A DNA stretch of 64,000 nucleotides from an uncultured Planctomycetota bacterium (GTDB lineage Bacteria; Planctomycetota; Planctomycetia; Isosphaerales; Isosphaeraceae), in contig CAWGMQ010000003.1 of NCBI GenBank assembly GCA_963823665.1, positions 1,792,001 to 1,856,000 of the forward strand, written 5' to 3'. This document shows, one piece after another, positions 40,625-51,998 of this stretch (the stretch's first letter is position 1; each line of letters opens with the position of its first letter). The notes under the pieces are model-generated. The model was not told where the DNA came from, made no database searches, and was given only the letters and a program-made list of their open reading frames with translations. Position numbers and translations under genes: made by a program.

Positions 40625-43600
40625 TCGGCTTTTCCTGGCAGCAGGGAGCGTAACTCCCTGCTGCCTTCCCGGGGGGACGGATTGACTCCGTGCTTCAAGC
40701 CGTCGTACAGCGTGGATAGATCCCACACGATCGCGGTCGTATCGTTCCCCGCGGAGACCAAGGTCTTCCCATCGGGCGAAAAGGCCAGCGACCAGCACTC
40801 AGTCGTTTGAGGCTCGAGCCGGAGGACTTCGCGTTTGGTGGCGACCTCCCAGATCCGGATCGACGCATCGGCCATCGCTCTGGGCTCGCGGCCGTCATCG
40901 GCGCTGAAGGGAGTCACGGCTGCGGCGAGGAGACGTCCATCGCCCGAGAGGGCCAGCGACGCCCCGCTGTACGTCTTGAGAAGGAACGTTCGCGTCGGCC
41001 TGCCGGTCCTCAGATCCCAGCCCAGGAGCTGGTCGCCGAATCCGCTGGTCGCAGCCGTGGTGAGATTCGGCCCGAAAACTGCGGAGGCCAGCGCCTCTGG
41101 CGCTTGCGGCTGGGGCGGCCCGGCGGCGCGGCGATGGCCTGTGATCGGAATCTCCCTGGTCAATCGACTCGTGGCCAGATCCCAGAACCGAAACTTGGGG
41201 TCCTGGCCGTTCATCTCCTGGCCTGCGGAAATCAATGTCTTGGCGTCGCGAGTGAAGGCCATCGCGCGGGTTTCTCCTCGGTGGCCTGGGAGCTCGGCCT
41301 CCTTCTTGCCGGTCGTCACGTCGAAGACGCTGATGACATCCGAGGCGACGGCCAACTTTCGGCCGTCGGGAGCAAACTCGAGCACAACACCAGGTAGGCC
41401 GAGGTGCAGCGCACGGCGGAGGGAAAAGTCACCGAGGTCCCAGAGGCGGACAATGCCGTGAACGCCATCGTTGTCGTGGCCGGCGCCGGCGAGGATCCGC
41501 CCATCCGGGGAGAACCGAACCGCCCAGACTCGACAGCCGAGCTCAAACCGGCGGACGACCTTCGCCTTGCCCGCATCCCACAGGCGAACCGCGCCGTTAT
41601 CGTCCCCGGTGGCGACGAAGCCGCCGCTGGCGGCTATTGCCACGCTGCGCACTTCGGATTCATGGGAATTTTCTTGATGGAAGAGCGGTTGCCCCGTGGA
41701 GAGGTCCCACAGGCGGACCGTTTCATCGCCACGCTCGAGTGCGACGGTCTTGCCGTCAGACGAAAGCGCGATTCCGGGACATCGCTTCGCAGGTGTTTTT
41801 TCAGCACCGATTGCGATGGTCCGGCGGAGCGTTTCCGTGGCAAGGTCCCAGACGAGGAGGCGGTCATGATGGGCAGAGACCAGCGTTCTTCCATCGCGAG
41901 ACAGGGCGAGCCCTGACATGCCTTCGGTCACCCCCGGGTCGAGATCCTTCAGCTTCTGCCCGGATTTTGCATCCCAGATCCGAATTTGCGGGATGCTCAG
42001 CTCGTCGGAAATGTTTCCCTGGGGGTCCCGGACGCGCCTGGCCCCCCAGCCGCAGGAAATGATCTTTCCTCCGGGGGCGAAGGCCAGGTTCACGAGCCGT
42101 CCCCGATGGGCATCGCGGATGATCGTCGGGCCCGGGTCGCCGTCACATTGCCAAACAAAGATCGAATGGCTTTCGGAATTTCTTGCGGATGCACCAAGCG
42201 CCAGAGACTTGCCGTCGGGGGAGAATACCAGCGACGGATAGAAGATCGGCCCCGCATCATGCGCGAACGTCCGTGTCTCGAGGCCGGTCGCAGAATCCCA
42301 GATTCGGACGAGTGGATCCTGATCACTGCCCGTTGCGAATGTGAGGCCATCGGGGGCGAACGCGATTCCCCACACACAATCCCTGTGAGCTTGGAAACAG
42401 ACGCGTTCCTTGCCCGTCGTGACGTCCCAAACTTGAACCAGGCCGCTGCGACGGCCGATGACCAGTGCGGAACCGTCTGGAGAGTAGGCGACGCTCTGCG
42501 CGATAGCTTCCCTCGAGGGTACGGACTCCTTGATTGCCGGGAGTTCTGCGGCCGGCTCGCCGGTCGCCAGGTCCCAGAACCGAACGGCTCCGTCGGCGCC
42601 AGCAGATGCAACGATTCGGTTATCGGGCGCGAACGCGATGCTGGTGACCCAGCTTGTATGCCGCAACCGCGTGGTCCCTAACCGTACGCGAGCGTGCTGC
42701 GGAAGCTTTGTCTCGGGTGGCTTCGCGGCCACGGTGCTAGCCCGATTCCGCTCTGGCGCGAGTCGGTTCTGATCGCGATGCCCCTTGCCAAGCGCACCCG
42801 GCAGCTCGCCGGTCTGGGCCAGCGCCGTCGCGACGGCGAGCGAAAGCAGGAGCCCCCCGAGCGCCAGCTTGATTCGCGTTACGAACATCGCCTGTAAAGC
42901 ACCGTTGGCCAGCGCCACGACCGACCGCGAAGCGACACTCGCCTCCGGCCGGCCCAGGGCTAAACCCATCGCGGCTCGCACCGTCGAAGCCGCGAGCGGC
43001 ACCGGAACGCCCACCGGGGCTTGCGAAGGCGGAAGGAGCATCGGAACGAGACCGGCCGACGGCGCCATGCCGCGGCGGCAGAGCCGTGTGCGGAGTAGGT
43101 CCTTGGCGCGCGCCAGGCGGCCCGAGACCGTTCCCTTGGTCCAGCCCAGCTCACGCGCGGCGTCTTCCTGGGTCTTGCCCTGGAGATAGCAGAGAAGCAC
43201 CGCGACGCGATACGGGTGCGGAAGGCGATGGAGCTCCTCGTCGAGTACCGAACGAAGCTCAATGGCCTCAAAGTCGCTCTCCGCGGAAGGACTTGACGTC
43301 AAACTCGCGTGCGGCGTTGGTTGCACCGCGCGGCGGCGCGACATTTCCCTGGCCCGCCGCGAGATCCTGGCAGCGACGCCGTGCAGCCACGAGCCGAGAG
43401 AGTCTCGATTGCGGATCGTGCCGGCCTTGAGCGCCAGAGCCAGAAACGTTGCCTGGAAGGCGTCTTCGGCCGTGTGGTCATCGCGAAGGACCCTGCGGCA
43501 AACCCCCAGTACCATCGGACCATGCCGGCCGACGATCGCCTCGAAGGCCCGCCGGCCGACCGTATCTGCCTTCGTGGTGAAGTGATCGAGAAGCTCCCGG

Positions 43601-43680
43601 TCGGTCAAGTCGCCGACCGGTCCTGCGCGATACAGGATATCGAGGTCGCGAACGAATGATTGGGCTCTGGCGGACTTCAT
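40618..43680 (-). CDS. ECF sigma factor fused through a TM segment to WD40 repeats
   Basis: TDRELL...[14 protein letters not shown]...[27 protein letters not shown] segment; [10 protein letters not shown] followed by many AF(S/A)PDG...WD repeats. Confidence 0.92.
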   Translation of the reverse strand: MKSARAQSFVRDLDILYRAGPVGDLTDRELLDHFTTKADTVGRRAFEAIVGRHGPMVLGVCRRVLRDDHTAEDAFQATFLALALKAGTIRNRDSLGSWLHGVAARISRRAREMSRRRAVQPTPHASLTSSPSAESDFEAIELRSVLDEELHRLPHPYRVAVLLCYLQGKTQEDAARELGWTKGTVSGRLARAKDLLRTRLCRRGMAPSAGLVPMLLPPSQAPVGVPVPLAASTVRAAMGLALGRPEASVASRSVVALANGALQAMFVTRIKLALGGLLLSLAVATALAQTGELPGALGKGHRDQNRLAPERNRASTVAAKPPETKLPQHARVRLGTTRLRHTSWVTSIAFAPDNRIVASAGADGAVRFWDLATGEPAAELPAIKESVPSREAIAQSVAYSPDGSALVIGRRSGLVQVWDVTTGKERVCFQAHRDCVWGIAFAPDGLTFATGSDQDPLVRIWDSATGLETRTFAHDAGPIFYPSLVFSPDGKSLALGASARNSESHSIFVWQCDGDPGPTIIRDAHRGRLVNLAFAPGGKIISCGWGARRVRDPQGNISDELSIPQIRIWDAKSGQKLKDLDPGVTEGMSGLALSRDGRTLVSAHHDRLLVWDLATETLRRTIAIGAEKTPAKRCPGIALSSDGKTVALERGDETVRLWDLSTGQPLFHQENSHESEVRSVAIAASGGFVATGDDNGAVRLWDAGKAKVVRRFELGCRVWAVRFSPDGRILAGAGHDNDGVHGIVRLWDLGDFSLRRALHLGLPGVVLEFAPDGRKLAVASDVISVFDVTTGKKEAELPGHRGETRAMAFTRDAKTLISAGQEMNGQDPKFRFWDLATSRLTREIPITGHRRAAGPPQPQAPEALASAVFGPNLTTAATSGFGDQLLGWDLRTGRPTRTFLLKTYSGASLALSGDGRLLAAAVTPFSADDGREPRAMADASIRIWEVATKREVLRLEPQTTECWSLAFSPDGKTLVSAGNDTTAIVWDLSTLYDGLKHGVNPSPREGSRELRSLLPGKADQ
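40637..40665. terminator. 12-bp hairpin at the ahcY / ECF-WD40 convergence
   Basis: GGCAGCAGGGAG-cgtaa-CTCCCTGCTGCC, 12 nt after the ahcY stop; U-tract weak. Confidence 0.55.
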
Positions 43681-43866
43681 TACGAAAGCCTCCCTGCGCG
43701 GCTGCTGGGTCGTCTACACAATAGTGCGCGGAAGGGCCGTCTTGAATACCGGATTTCTTGTGGGTCGATCTCAGTGGAACCGAGCCAGGTCGGGATTCGC
43801 GCGACCACGGGTGGGCCGCTCGAGCTGTCGGCGGAAGCGGCATCGCCTGGTGGGTGCTCGGCTTCC

Positions 43867-44853
43867 TTACGAAATGCCGATCACCGGGTGCGGCACGTAG
43901 GAAGCCTCGAGCCGCGCGGTCTCGTCCGCTGATAATTTGATCTCGAGAGCCGCCAGGCCGTCCTCGAGGTGATGCGGCTTCGTTACCCCCAGGATCGGCG
44001 CCGACACGCTGGGTTTGCTGAGCAACCAGCCCAGGGCGACCTGAGCACGAGACACGCCGCGAGCGTTGGCCACTTCGCCGAGTCGATCGATCACGGCGCG
44101 GTCGACGTCTCCACTCTGCAAGAATATCCGCTTGCCAAACTCGTCGGTTCCTGCCCGCTTGGTCGAATCTCGTTCTTCCCACGCGCGAGTTAGCCGGCCA
44201 CGCGCGAGTGGGCTCCAGGGAATTACGCCCACACCCTCGGTGGCGCACAAGCCCATCATCTCTCGCTCTTCTTCACGATAAAGAAGGTTGTAGTGATTCT
44301 GCATTGAAATGAACCGCGTCCACCCACGGCGATCAGCCACATAAAGCGCTTTGCAAAACTGCCACGCACACATCGATGAAGCACCGAGGTACCTCGCCTT
44401 GCCGGCTTTAACGACATCGTGCAGTGCCTCGAGAGTCTCTTCGATTGGCGTGGTGTCGTCCCAGCGATGAATCTGGTACAGATCGACATAATCTGTCCCG
44501 AGCCGTACCAAGCTCGAGTCGATCTCAGTCATGATCGCCTTACGCGAGAGGCCCCGGCTATTAGGGCCCGTACGGGTCGAGAAAAAGACTTTGGTCGCGA
44601 GGACGACCTCGTCGCGCCGTGCAAAATCACGAAGCGCTCGCCCCAAGATTTCTTCACTCGAACCGTCGGAGTAGGAGTTCGATGTATCGAAGAAATTGAT
44701 GCCAGATTCCAGAGACCGCTTGATGATCGGCCGGCTTGCTGCTTCATCAAGCGTCCAGGCATGCATCCCGCGTTCGGGCACGCCAAAGCTCATGCAGCCC
44801 AGACAGAGCCGCGACACCTTGAGACCGGAATGACCGAGGTTCACATAATTCAT
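43867..44853 (-). CDS. Aldo/keto reductase
   Basis: GLKVSRLCLGCMSFG, FFDTSNSY, LATK, DLYQIHRWD, PWSPLARG. Confidence 0.93.
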   Translation of the reverse strand: MNYVNLGHSGLKVSRLCLGCMSFGVPERGMHAWTLDEAASRPIIKRSLESGINFFDTSNSYSDGSSEEILGRALRDFARRDEVVLATKVFFSTRTGPNSRGLSRKAIMTEIDSSLVRLGTDYVDLYQIHRWDDTTPIEETLEALHDVVKAGKARYLGASSMCAWQFCKALYVADRRGWTRFISMQNHYNLLYREEEREMMGLCATEGVGVIPWSPLARGRLTRAWEERDSTKRAGTDEFGKRIFLQSGDVDRAVIDRLGEVANARGVSRAQVALGWLLSKPSVSAPILGVTKPHHLEDGLAALEIKLSADETARLEASYVPHPVIGIS

Positions 44854-44940
44854 CGTGCCGAATCCTGCCACAGCCCGATCACGTTTCCAGCCGGATCGCG
44901 CGCCGTCGCGACCCAAAGGCTTCCTTCCGCGTACTCGGCT
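44850..44940 (-). pseudogene. C-terminal remnant of a VOC/glyoxalase-like gene
   Basis: Reads YAEGSLWVATARDPAGNVIGLWQDSAR*, with the stop overlapping the AKR start (ATGA); no N-terminal part recognisable. Confidence 0.5.
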
Positions 44941-45072
44941 TGACGATTGCGCCGCCGTGTGCCGTTACGCGCCTCAAAGTGGATTGCAGCCGTGCGAGAT
45001 CTCGACCACTTGAAGCTCGTGGACACCCCGTTACACGCTAGCCCGGGGTGAGCGAAAGCACAAGCCGCCCAC

Positions 45073-48000
45073 TCAGGACCGCCATGGCGACTTTCCGGTG
45101 TTGCCGGCATGGTCGAACAAGGCGTCGATGAACCACGGCTGCGCCGCGTGCGCGGGATTCTCACTGGGCCGGACGAGCGCCGGGAACGCTTCCGCATGAA
45201 GTGGAGACGTCGCGCCTCCCGGTTGATCGACCAGTACGACCTTGGGTTTCTTCGGCTTCTTTGGAGGCTTGGGCAGCTTCGCGGACTTGCCGAAGTAAAA
45301 GACGTCATTTGCTCCAGGCGCTCCGCTGGCCGAGGCATTGAGAAGCTTTCCTCCGGCACTTTCCAGCCCTGAGGGAGACTGCGCGCTGACCGTGAGCCGG
45401 ATCGAATCCTTCAGGCTGTCCGGCTTTTTCAGGACGAGCGTGACCGCGTCGGTTGCGCTCGCGTAGGTTGCGCTCGCGATCTTGACACCCTGATTGCCCT
45501 TGCCGCCGAAGATGTGACTGGAGCCAGCATCCAGCAATGTATAGTTACTGATATTCGTGACGGAGCTCAGGCTCATGGGTTCATTGAACGCAAGGGTAAT
45601 CTTGCTCAAGGCTCCCTTTTTCTTGGTGATCTGTGGGGCACCGACAACCGTCGGGCCGGGGACGCCGGTTGTGCTTGTGCCGGCCGACACGGAGAACGTG
45701 CCCACCGTCGCGTTTACGGCGTTGCCGGCCAGATCGGTGGGCCGCGCCGAGCCGAAAGAGACTGTGTAGACGCCGTTCGGGCTCGTGGCCCAACTGCCAC
45801 CCGGCGGCGAGATCTGGTAGGTGACGGTCTCGACCGGCGCGTCGCCCGAAGAGTCCTGGGGCGATCCCGATGGGGTGCTCGATAACACGGTGGTGCGCAG
45901 TGGCGATGCCCCGCCGGGGGGCTGGACCAGGACGACCGCATCCGACAGCGAGGCCTTGGCGACGGCGACGTTATCGGCGTAGGTTATCGTGAACGTGTAT
46001 GGGACGAGCGCAGAAGCATTGGCGGCGGTCACGGCCGGGGCGCTCGACAGCGTTGCGGTGGGAGGCGTGGTGTCGGGGGTGGCGAGGGTCTGGTAGGCAC
46101 CCAGATCGGGGTGGTCACCGCTTTGGAGGGCAAAGCCTCGCTCGTCGGTAAAGAGGCCCGTGGTCGTGCCGGCCTTGCCAATGGCGGGGCTGCCGGGTTG
46201 CAGGCTCAGCGTCTGGGTCGGTCCGCCGTTGTTCTGCAGACCGGCGGGTGAGAACAGCGGGTTGACGCCGGTGATGTTTCCGGAGCCGGTGACGGTGCCG
46301 GTTGGCGCGGTCTGGAACAGGCTGTTGCTGGTCGTGACTTTTCCCGCGTAGTCGGCTCCTTTGGCGCGGAGTTTCCGCCGAACAGGGAGCTCGCAACCGT
46401 TATCGCCCCGGCGCCGGACTGGTAGGCTCCGCCGCCGGCAATGGACGGGTTGCCGGGCGGGTCGACGGCGCTGTTGTCGGCGACGGTGACATAGTCGATC
46501 GTGAGGGTGCCTCCGCTCACGAAGATGCCGCCGCCGAACGCGTCGCCTGGGTCGCCGGGCGCGCCGTCGGCGCCGGCCACGCCGGTGGCGCCATTGCGGC
46601 GGCCAGTCGCGCCGGCTGCCCCGCTGGCTCCGGGGTTGCCGATCAAGCCGCCGCCTGGTGAGTGACCGGGCAATCCACCGTGGCCGCCGCCGCCTGCTTT
46701 GCCGCGGAGCCCATAATTCCCTCGCGTCGTGAAGCCGCCGTTGCCGTTTGGCAGATTCGAGTAGACGACCTTTCCGCCCGCGCCCCCGGCACCGAGACGC
46801 CGGCTGCGACGGTGTTTTCGAAGAACGTGCTGTTCAGAACGTCCACATGGCCCGCGCTCAAATAGATCCCGCCACCGAGTCCGAACCCGCCACCGCCGCC
46901 GTTGCCGCCGTTACCGCCGCTGCCACCGGTGCCGCCGGTGCCGCCCGCGCCACCTTTGCCGCCGTTGCCACCATTGCCGCCGTGGCCGTTCTTGCCCATG
47001 AAACCGGACGGGCCGCTGACGCCGCCGTTGCCGCCGCTGCCGCCGCTGCCGCCGTGGCCACCGTAGCCTCCGGTGCCGCCGGCGCCGCCGTGGCCACCTT
47101 TGCCCCCGACACCAGCGGCGGCTCCGTCCGCTTCATTCTGGGCGAGGGTGTCAGCGGTTAACGTGAGCGATCCGCCGGCGACGGCGATGCCGCCGCCGTC
47201 TCCGCTGCCGCCGGCACCCGCGGCGCCACCGTCGCCGCCGGAGCCGCCGATACCTCCCTTACCACCTTTGCCGCCAGTGCCGCCGAGGCCGCCGACGCCG
47301 CCGGATGCACCGGGGCCAAAGTCTATTCCGCCATCGCCGCCGTGGCCGCCATCGCCGCCACGACCACCCGCGGGACCGGCGTTCAAGATGATGGCGCCGC
47401 CAATGCCTCCCGCTCCTCCGTTTCCGCCGTCGCCGCCGCGACCGCCCGCGCCGCCGGCGGCGGTGTTTGCTGTGAGCGTGGAGGCGCTCAGGCTCAACTG
47501 TCCGGCCGCGATGTCGATTGCGCCGCCGGCACCGACGCCGCCATTGCCGCCGGCACCGCCGAAACCACCGACGCCGCCGGTGCCGCCGCGACCGTCGTTC
47601 CCGGCCAAGCCACCACGGCCGCCAGCAGCGGCCTTGCCACCGGCCCCGCCTACACCGCCCTTCAAGTTGTCGCCACCGCCGCCGCCGCTGCCGCCGCGAC
47701 CGCCCGCGCCGCCGCCGCCGCCGCCGCCTCCCTGAGTTCCAATGGCCGCGGTGCGGCCGTCACCGCCGTCGCCGCCGTCACCGCCCTGGGCCGTACTGTG
47801 CTCGAAAGTCGCGGCGCGAATCGTCATGCTGCCGCCGGCGAGAAAGATGGCGCCTCCGAAGCCGGTTCCCCCGCTGCCTCCGTCGCCGCCGACCGTCCCA
47901 TTGACCCCGTGACCGCCCGGGCCACCAACACCGCCGACTCCGCCGGTGCCGCCCTTGGCGCCGTTGCCACCGACGCCGCCCGAGCTGCCGTGCTTACCGC

Positions 48001-49099
48001 CGCCACCGCCACCGGCGCCCCCCATACCGCCGATGCCGCCCGCGCCGCCTCTGCCCGACCCGCCGCCGAGTTGGCCTTCGGCTCCGTGACCGCCTGATCC
48101 GCCCGCTCCGCCGTAGGCACTGTTTGACTGGAACGATGACTGAAAGATCGAGACCGTGCCGGCGGCAACATAGATCGCGCCGCCCGCAGCACTGCCACCA
48201 TTGCCGCCAGGGCCGCCAGGGCCAAACTGCCTGGTCGATGGGGCGCCCGCGGCCCCATTGCCGCCAGAGTGGCCTTTCATCCCGGGCTGGCCGCTGGCGC
48301 CGGAGGCTCCGGTCGCGCCGGCCTGGCCCGATTGGCCGTTCTTCCCCGCAGCCCCAGTCTTTCCGCGGCTGAAATTGATCTGGCCCCCGGAGCCACCTGC
48401 TCCAGCAGGACCTCCGCGAGCGATATTGCCCGACAGCCTGGAGCTGATGACGCTCAGACTACCGGATGCAAGGTAAACACCGCCGCCCATCGCGTCGCCG
48501 CCGGCCCCCCCGCGCCCTCCGCCGGCGCTCCCGGTACCGGCCAAGCCGGGGACGCCGGACAAGCCCGACGCGGTGTTGTCCGCCAGCAACACGGAGCTCA
48601 ACACGACGTTTCCGCCGTCGATCAGCAGGCCGCCCCCGAGACCTGCGTGGCCGCCGAGCACGCCCCCGTCGAGCGCCCGCCCGCCCTCAAGAATGACGTT
48701 CTCGAAAACGACGGACATGCCCGCCGACGGCGTGCCGAGGACCTGTAAGATGCGGAATGCCCCCTGCGGAGTGATCGTCGACTGCAAGCTCCCCGCGCCC
48801 TCGATCGTCAGCGACTTGTTCGCAACGCCGCTCGCCAGGTCCTGGATGAGCAGACTGCCGCCGGCGCCTTCAGTCAGCGTAAATGTGCCGGGACCAAGCT
48901 CGATCGTGTTGCTCGAGTCGGCGTTGGAATCTGCTTGATTGATGGCGGATCGCAGGCTGTTCTGCGCGCCGTCGGCGACTCCCGCCGAGATCGTGAAGAC
49001 CGCCGGCGACAGACGTGGCTCGAGGGATTCGAGGAGATGCCGGAACGATCGATTGCGCCGACGTCGAGCCCGCCCCACGGAACGCGCTGGATGCGACAT
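45073..49099 (-). CDS. Large Gly-rich exported protein with LESLEPRL leader motif and choice-of-anchor-Q-like segment; frameshifts at about 46350-46780
   Basis: RRRRNRSFRHLLESLEPRLSP; long GGxGGxGG tracts; GLQNNGGPTQTLSLQPGSPAIG...DLGAYQ; Ig-like C-terminal region 45073..46032. Confidence 0.78.
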
Positions 49100-49311
49100 A
49101 TCAATCTCCTCGACGACGAAACTCCGTCTCGACGATTGATCGCGCCCGGGACTCGACCGCGGGCGCACGCACGACGTCAACCATACTATCACGAGTGCGT
49201 TGAATTTCAACGAGGTTGTATCTGTTGTGGCCGGCACGCGGAGCGGCTCACGGAGTGTTGGCCGCGCCTGCATGGCAGTATAATTGGGCACGCACCGAAG
49301 GAGACACAAGC

Positions 49312-49947
49312 ATGTCGACGATCACGAGACCGCCTCTGCAGTCGAGGTGGGTCCCAAAACGCCTGGCGCGGCTAACTGTCGGCCAGTACGAGGCGATGGT
49401 CGACGCCGGCGTGTTCGCCAAGCGCGATCGGTTTACTCTCATCAACGGATTCCTGGTGGCCAAAGTGCCGAAGAGCCCACGCCATACCTTCGTCGCCAAG
49501 AATCTCGTCAGAAAACTCCAGAGGCTGGTCCCCTCCGGCTGGGATTTCCGGATCGAGGGTGCGATAGGACTGGCGTTTTCCAAGCCAGAGCCCGACGTTT
49601 CGATCGCGCGTGGAGACATCGAAGACTACACCGCTCGCGATCCAGGGCCGGCTGATCTGGCAATGGTCGTCGAAATCGCCGCGTCGAGCGTTTCGGAGGA
49701 TCGGCAGATGGCAAAGGTCTACGGTCCGGCTGGCATCCCGGTTTACTGGATCGTCAATTTAAAGGCCCGCCAAGTCGAAGTCTATTCACTTTTAAAGCGG
49801 CGGGGGACTTCTGGCTACGGCAGGCCTCGGGTCTTCATGGTGGGGCAATCAGTGCCCGTCATGTTCGAGGGCCTGGAGGTAGGGCGACTGGCCGTGGCCG
49901 ACATCGTGCCGCTCTTCGAGCCGGCGGCCGGCGGCAACGGGGCTTGA
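49312..49947 (+). CDS. Uma2-family endonuclease-like protein
   Basis: LTVGQYEAM, PEPDVSI, VVEIAASS, YGPAGIPVYWIVNL; AAGGAG RBS; TATAAT at 49279-49284. Confidence 0.9.
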   Translation: MSTITRPPLQSRWVPKRLARLTVGQYEAMVDAGVFAKRDRFTLINGFLVAKVPKSPRHTFVAKNLVRKLQRLVPSGWDFRIEGAIGLAFSKPEPDVSIARGDIEDYTARDPGPADLAMVVEIAASSVSEDRQMAKVYGPAGIPVYWIVNLKARQVEVYSLLKRRGTSGYGRPRVFMVGQSVPVMFEGLEVGRLAVADIVPLFEPAAGGNGA

Positions 49948-50018
49948 CCGTTCCATGGCAAACTTCCGTCCGACGAGCAACCTTTATCCGTCAGACCATT
50001 CAAGCCAGCCACCAGATC

Positions 50019-50924
50019 ATGAAACGAATCAAACTCGCGACCCATGGCCCAGAATTCTCGCGCATGGTTTATGGCACGTGGCGGCTGCTCGAGGCGAGGT
50101 CGACCTCACAGGCAATCAACCGCCGGCTCCATGCCTGCGTCGATCTCGGCATCACGACCATTGATACCGCGGAGATTTACGGTAACTACGAAGTGGAGCA
50201 ACAACTCGGTGAGGCGCTCGCCTTGTCGCCGGGATTGCGTGATCAACTCGAGCTGGTCACGAAGGCCGGTATTTATGTGCCTTGCTCGCACCATCCCGAA
50301 CGCCGCACGGCTCATTACAACGCCACTGGCCCGCGTTTGATCAAAAGCCTCGAAAAATCCCTGCGCCTGCTCGGCACCGACCATGTCGAACTGTTTCTCG
50401 TCCATCGCCCCGACTGGCTGACGCGAGCCGACGACACGGCCGCGGGATTGAATGAGCTCTTGGGCAACGGCAAGATTCGCGCAGCGGGCGTGTCCAACTA
50501 CAGTGCTTCGCAGTTTGATCTGCTCTACTCGCGGATGGAACAACCGCTCGTGACGAACCAGATCGAGTTCCACCTGCTGCACCCGGAGCCAATCGACGAC
50601 GGCACATTGCATCAGTGCGAGAAACTTGGCCTGCACCCGATGGCGTGGAGCCCGCTCGCGGGTGGGCGAATCTTTGATCCAATCAATCCCGCCGCGGGCC
50701 GTCTGGCTGCGGCAGCGAAGAACATGTCGTCCCGTTACAACGCGGCACCGCTGGAACAGCTAGCGTACGCCTGGATTCTCGCGCACCCGAGTCAACCGCT
50801 TGCTGTCTTCGGCACGAACAAACTCGAACGCCTGCAATCCGCCGCGCAGGCCGACTCCATCGTGCTGGAACGTGAAGACTGGTATGCGCTCTGGGAAGCG
50901 GCGCAAGGCCGAAGGATTCCCTGA
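50019..50924 (+). CDS. Aldo/keto reductase (YdhF-like)
   Basis: FSRMVYGTWRL, DTAEIYG, LVTKAGI, LVHRPD, GVSNY, PMAWSPLAGG. Confidence 0.9.
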   Translation: MKRIKLATHGPEFSRMVYGTWRLLEARSTSQAINRRLHACVDLGITTIDTAEIYGNYEVEQQLGEALALSPGLRDQLELVTKAGIYVPCSHHPERRTAHYNATGPRLIKSLEKSLRLLGTDHVELFLVHRPDWLTRADDTAAGLNELLGNGKIRAAGVSNYSASQFDLLYSRMEQPLVTNQIEFHLLHPEPIDDGTLHQCEKLGLHPMAWSPLAGGRIFDPINPAAGRLAAAAKNMSSRYNAAPLEQLAYAWILAHPSQPLAVFGTNKLERLQSAAQADSIVLEREDWYALWEAAQGRRIP

Positions 50925-51049
50925 GTCAGAATGGGCATCAACCGTCCAATTTGAAAGCGTCGATTGTCGCGGCCGAGCAGGCGGCCGGTCTTGAGTTTTT
51001 CGAGCCACGCTCGCCACCGTTCGGCTTGGCTGCCGGGTCGCCGAGAGGA

Positions 51050-51430
51050 TCAAGCGACCGAATCAGTCGCGGACTGATGAATCCGCTTGAGGCAGATCGA
51101 GAGCTCCCGCTTGACGTCGGCTCTCGCCGCATCGGAGAGAGGACCGGCAAGTGCAGCGCGATAAAGATTGGCAGCGCGGCTCAATTCACCGGACTTCGCG
51201 AAACAACCAGCGGCGCTGACACGGTGCAGTGCGGCCTCGGCATCACGGCCGATCACATCGAACAAAGGCGCGATACGTTCTTCGTACGACGCTGCGCACG
51301 ACCACACGGGCCCAACCGTTTCCTCCAAGCCCATGTCAGAAAATGCCTGCGCCTTCGAGAGTAGGCGAGATTTTTCGGCCATCAGAGCCTTTACGCGCTC
51401 GCCGTATGGCTTAGGCTGGCGATTGGTCAT
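51050..51430 (-). CDS. Small helical hypothetical protein
   Basis: MTNRQPKPYG...AALHRVSAAGCFAKSGELSRAANLYRAALAG; start overlaps the upstream ORF end. Confidence 0.6.
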   Translation of the reverse strand: MTNRQPKPYGERVKALMAEKSRLLSKAQAFSDMGLEETVGPVWSCAASYEERIAPLFDVIGRDAEAALHRVSAAGCFAKSGELSRAANLYRAALAGPLSDAARADVKRELSICLKRIHQSATDSVA

Positions 51431-51730
51431 CGACCGGCTCCTGAACACGGTGAAAGGAAAAGCGAATGCGGTGACCCCGGGACGAGAAAACGCAGACCAT
51501 AACATAGGCGTCCCAACCAAGCGGGTTGGCCATGGCTTGTGCGCCTTTCTGCCGATGGCGCCGGGTGAGTTGGCTGTGGATCGCGGTAACAGTCGACGTC
51601 GAGAAACGCGGGCGGCCCACCGTGACGAGCGAGCATTGCAACGCAGGCGACGACCTGGGGTTCGACAAAGAACCACGGATGCCACGTCGCCAAATCCTCG
51701 ATGTTACAGCGTAGCGTGCGCACGATCACC
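51411..51730 (-). pseudogene. Disrupted hypothetical gene upstream of 51050..51430
   Basis: Protein-like N-part (RTLRCNIEDLATWHPWFFVEPQVVACVAML) and C-part in another frame (RRHRQKGAQAMANPLGWDAYVMVCVFSSRGHRIRF) joined near 51580. Confidence 0.4.
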
Positions 51731-51998
51731 CCTGAGTTCGCATCGACCTTCGACTCCGCCAAGCGATGAATTTGCCGGTCGCCTAAAGAGTTTCCCACGA
51801 GGGAACTCACGCGGGCAAGTCACGTGAAGCCGGTCCGCCGTTCAACGTCGGACCTCCGCGCCGTGCCGCAGCGTCCTGGAGAACTGCGGTCGCGCCCGGA
51901 GGCGGGGTCGGAGACGCCCAACATTGCGGCCGCGGGCGCTGGAACAGGCGCCGTCTCGCGCGCCCACCATCGCACCGACCGAGCCCGCGCAACACCGA

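Noticed and set aside
47073..47735. Extremely Pro-rich ORF on the plus strand
   Set aside because: Antisense shadow of the Gly-rich gene (GGC read as CCG/GCC).
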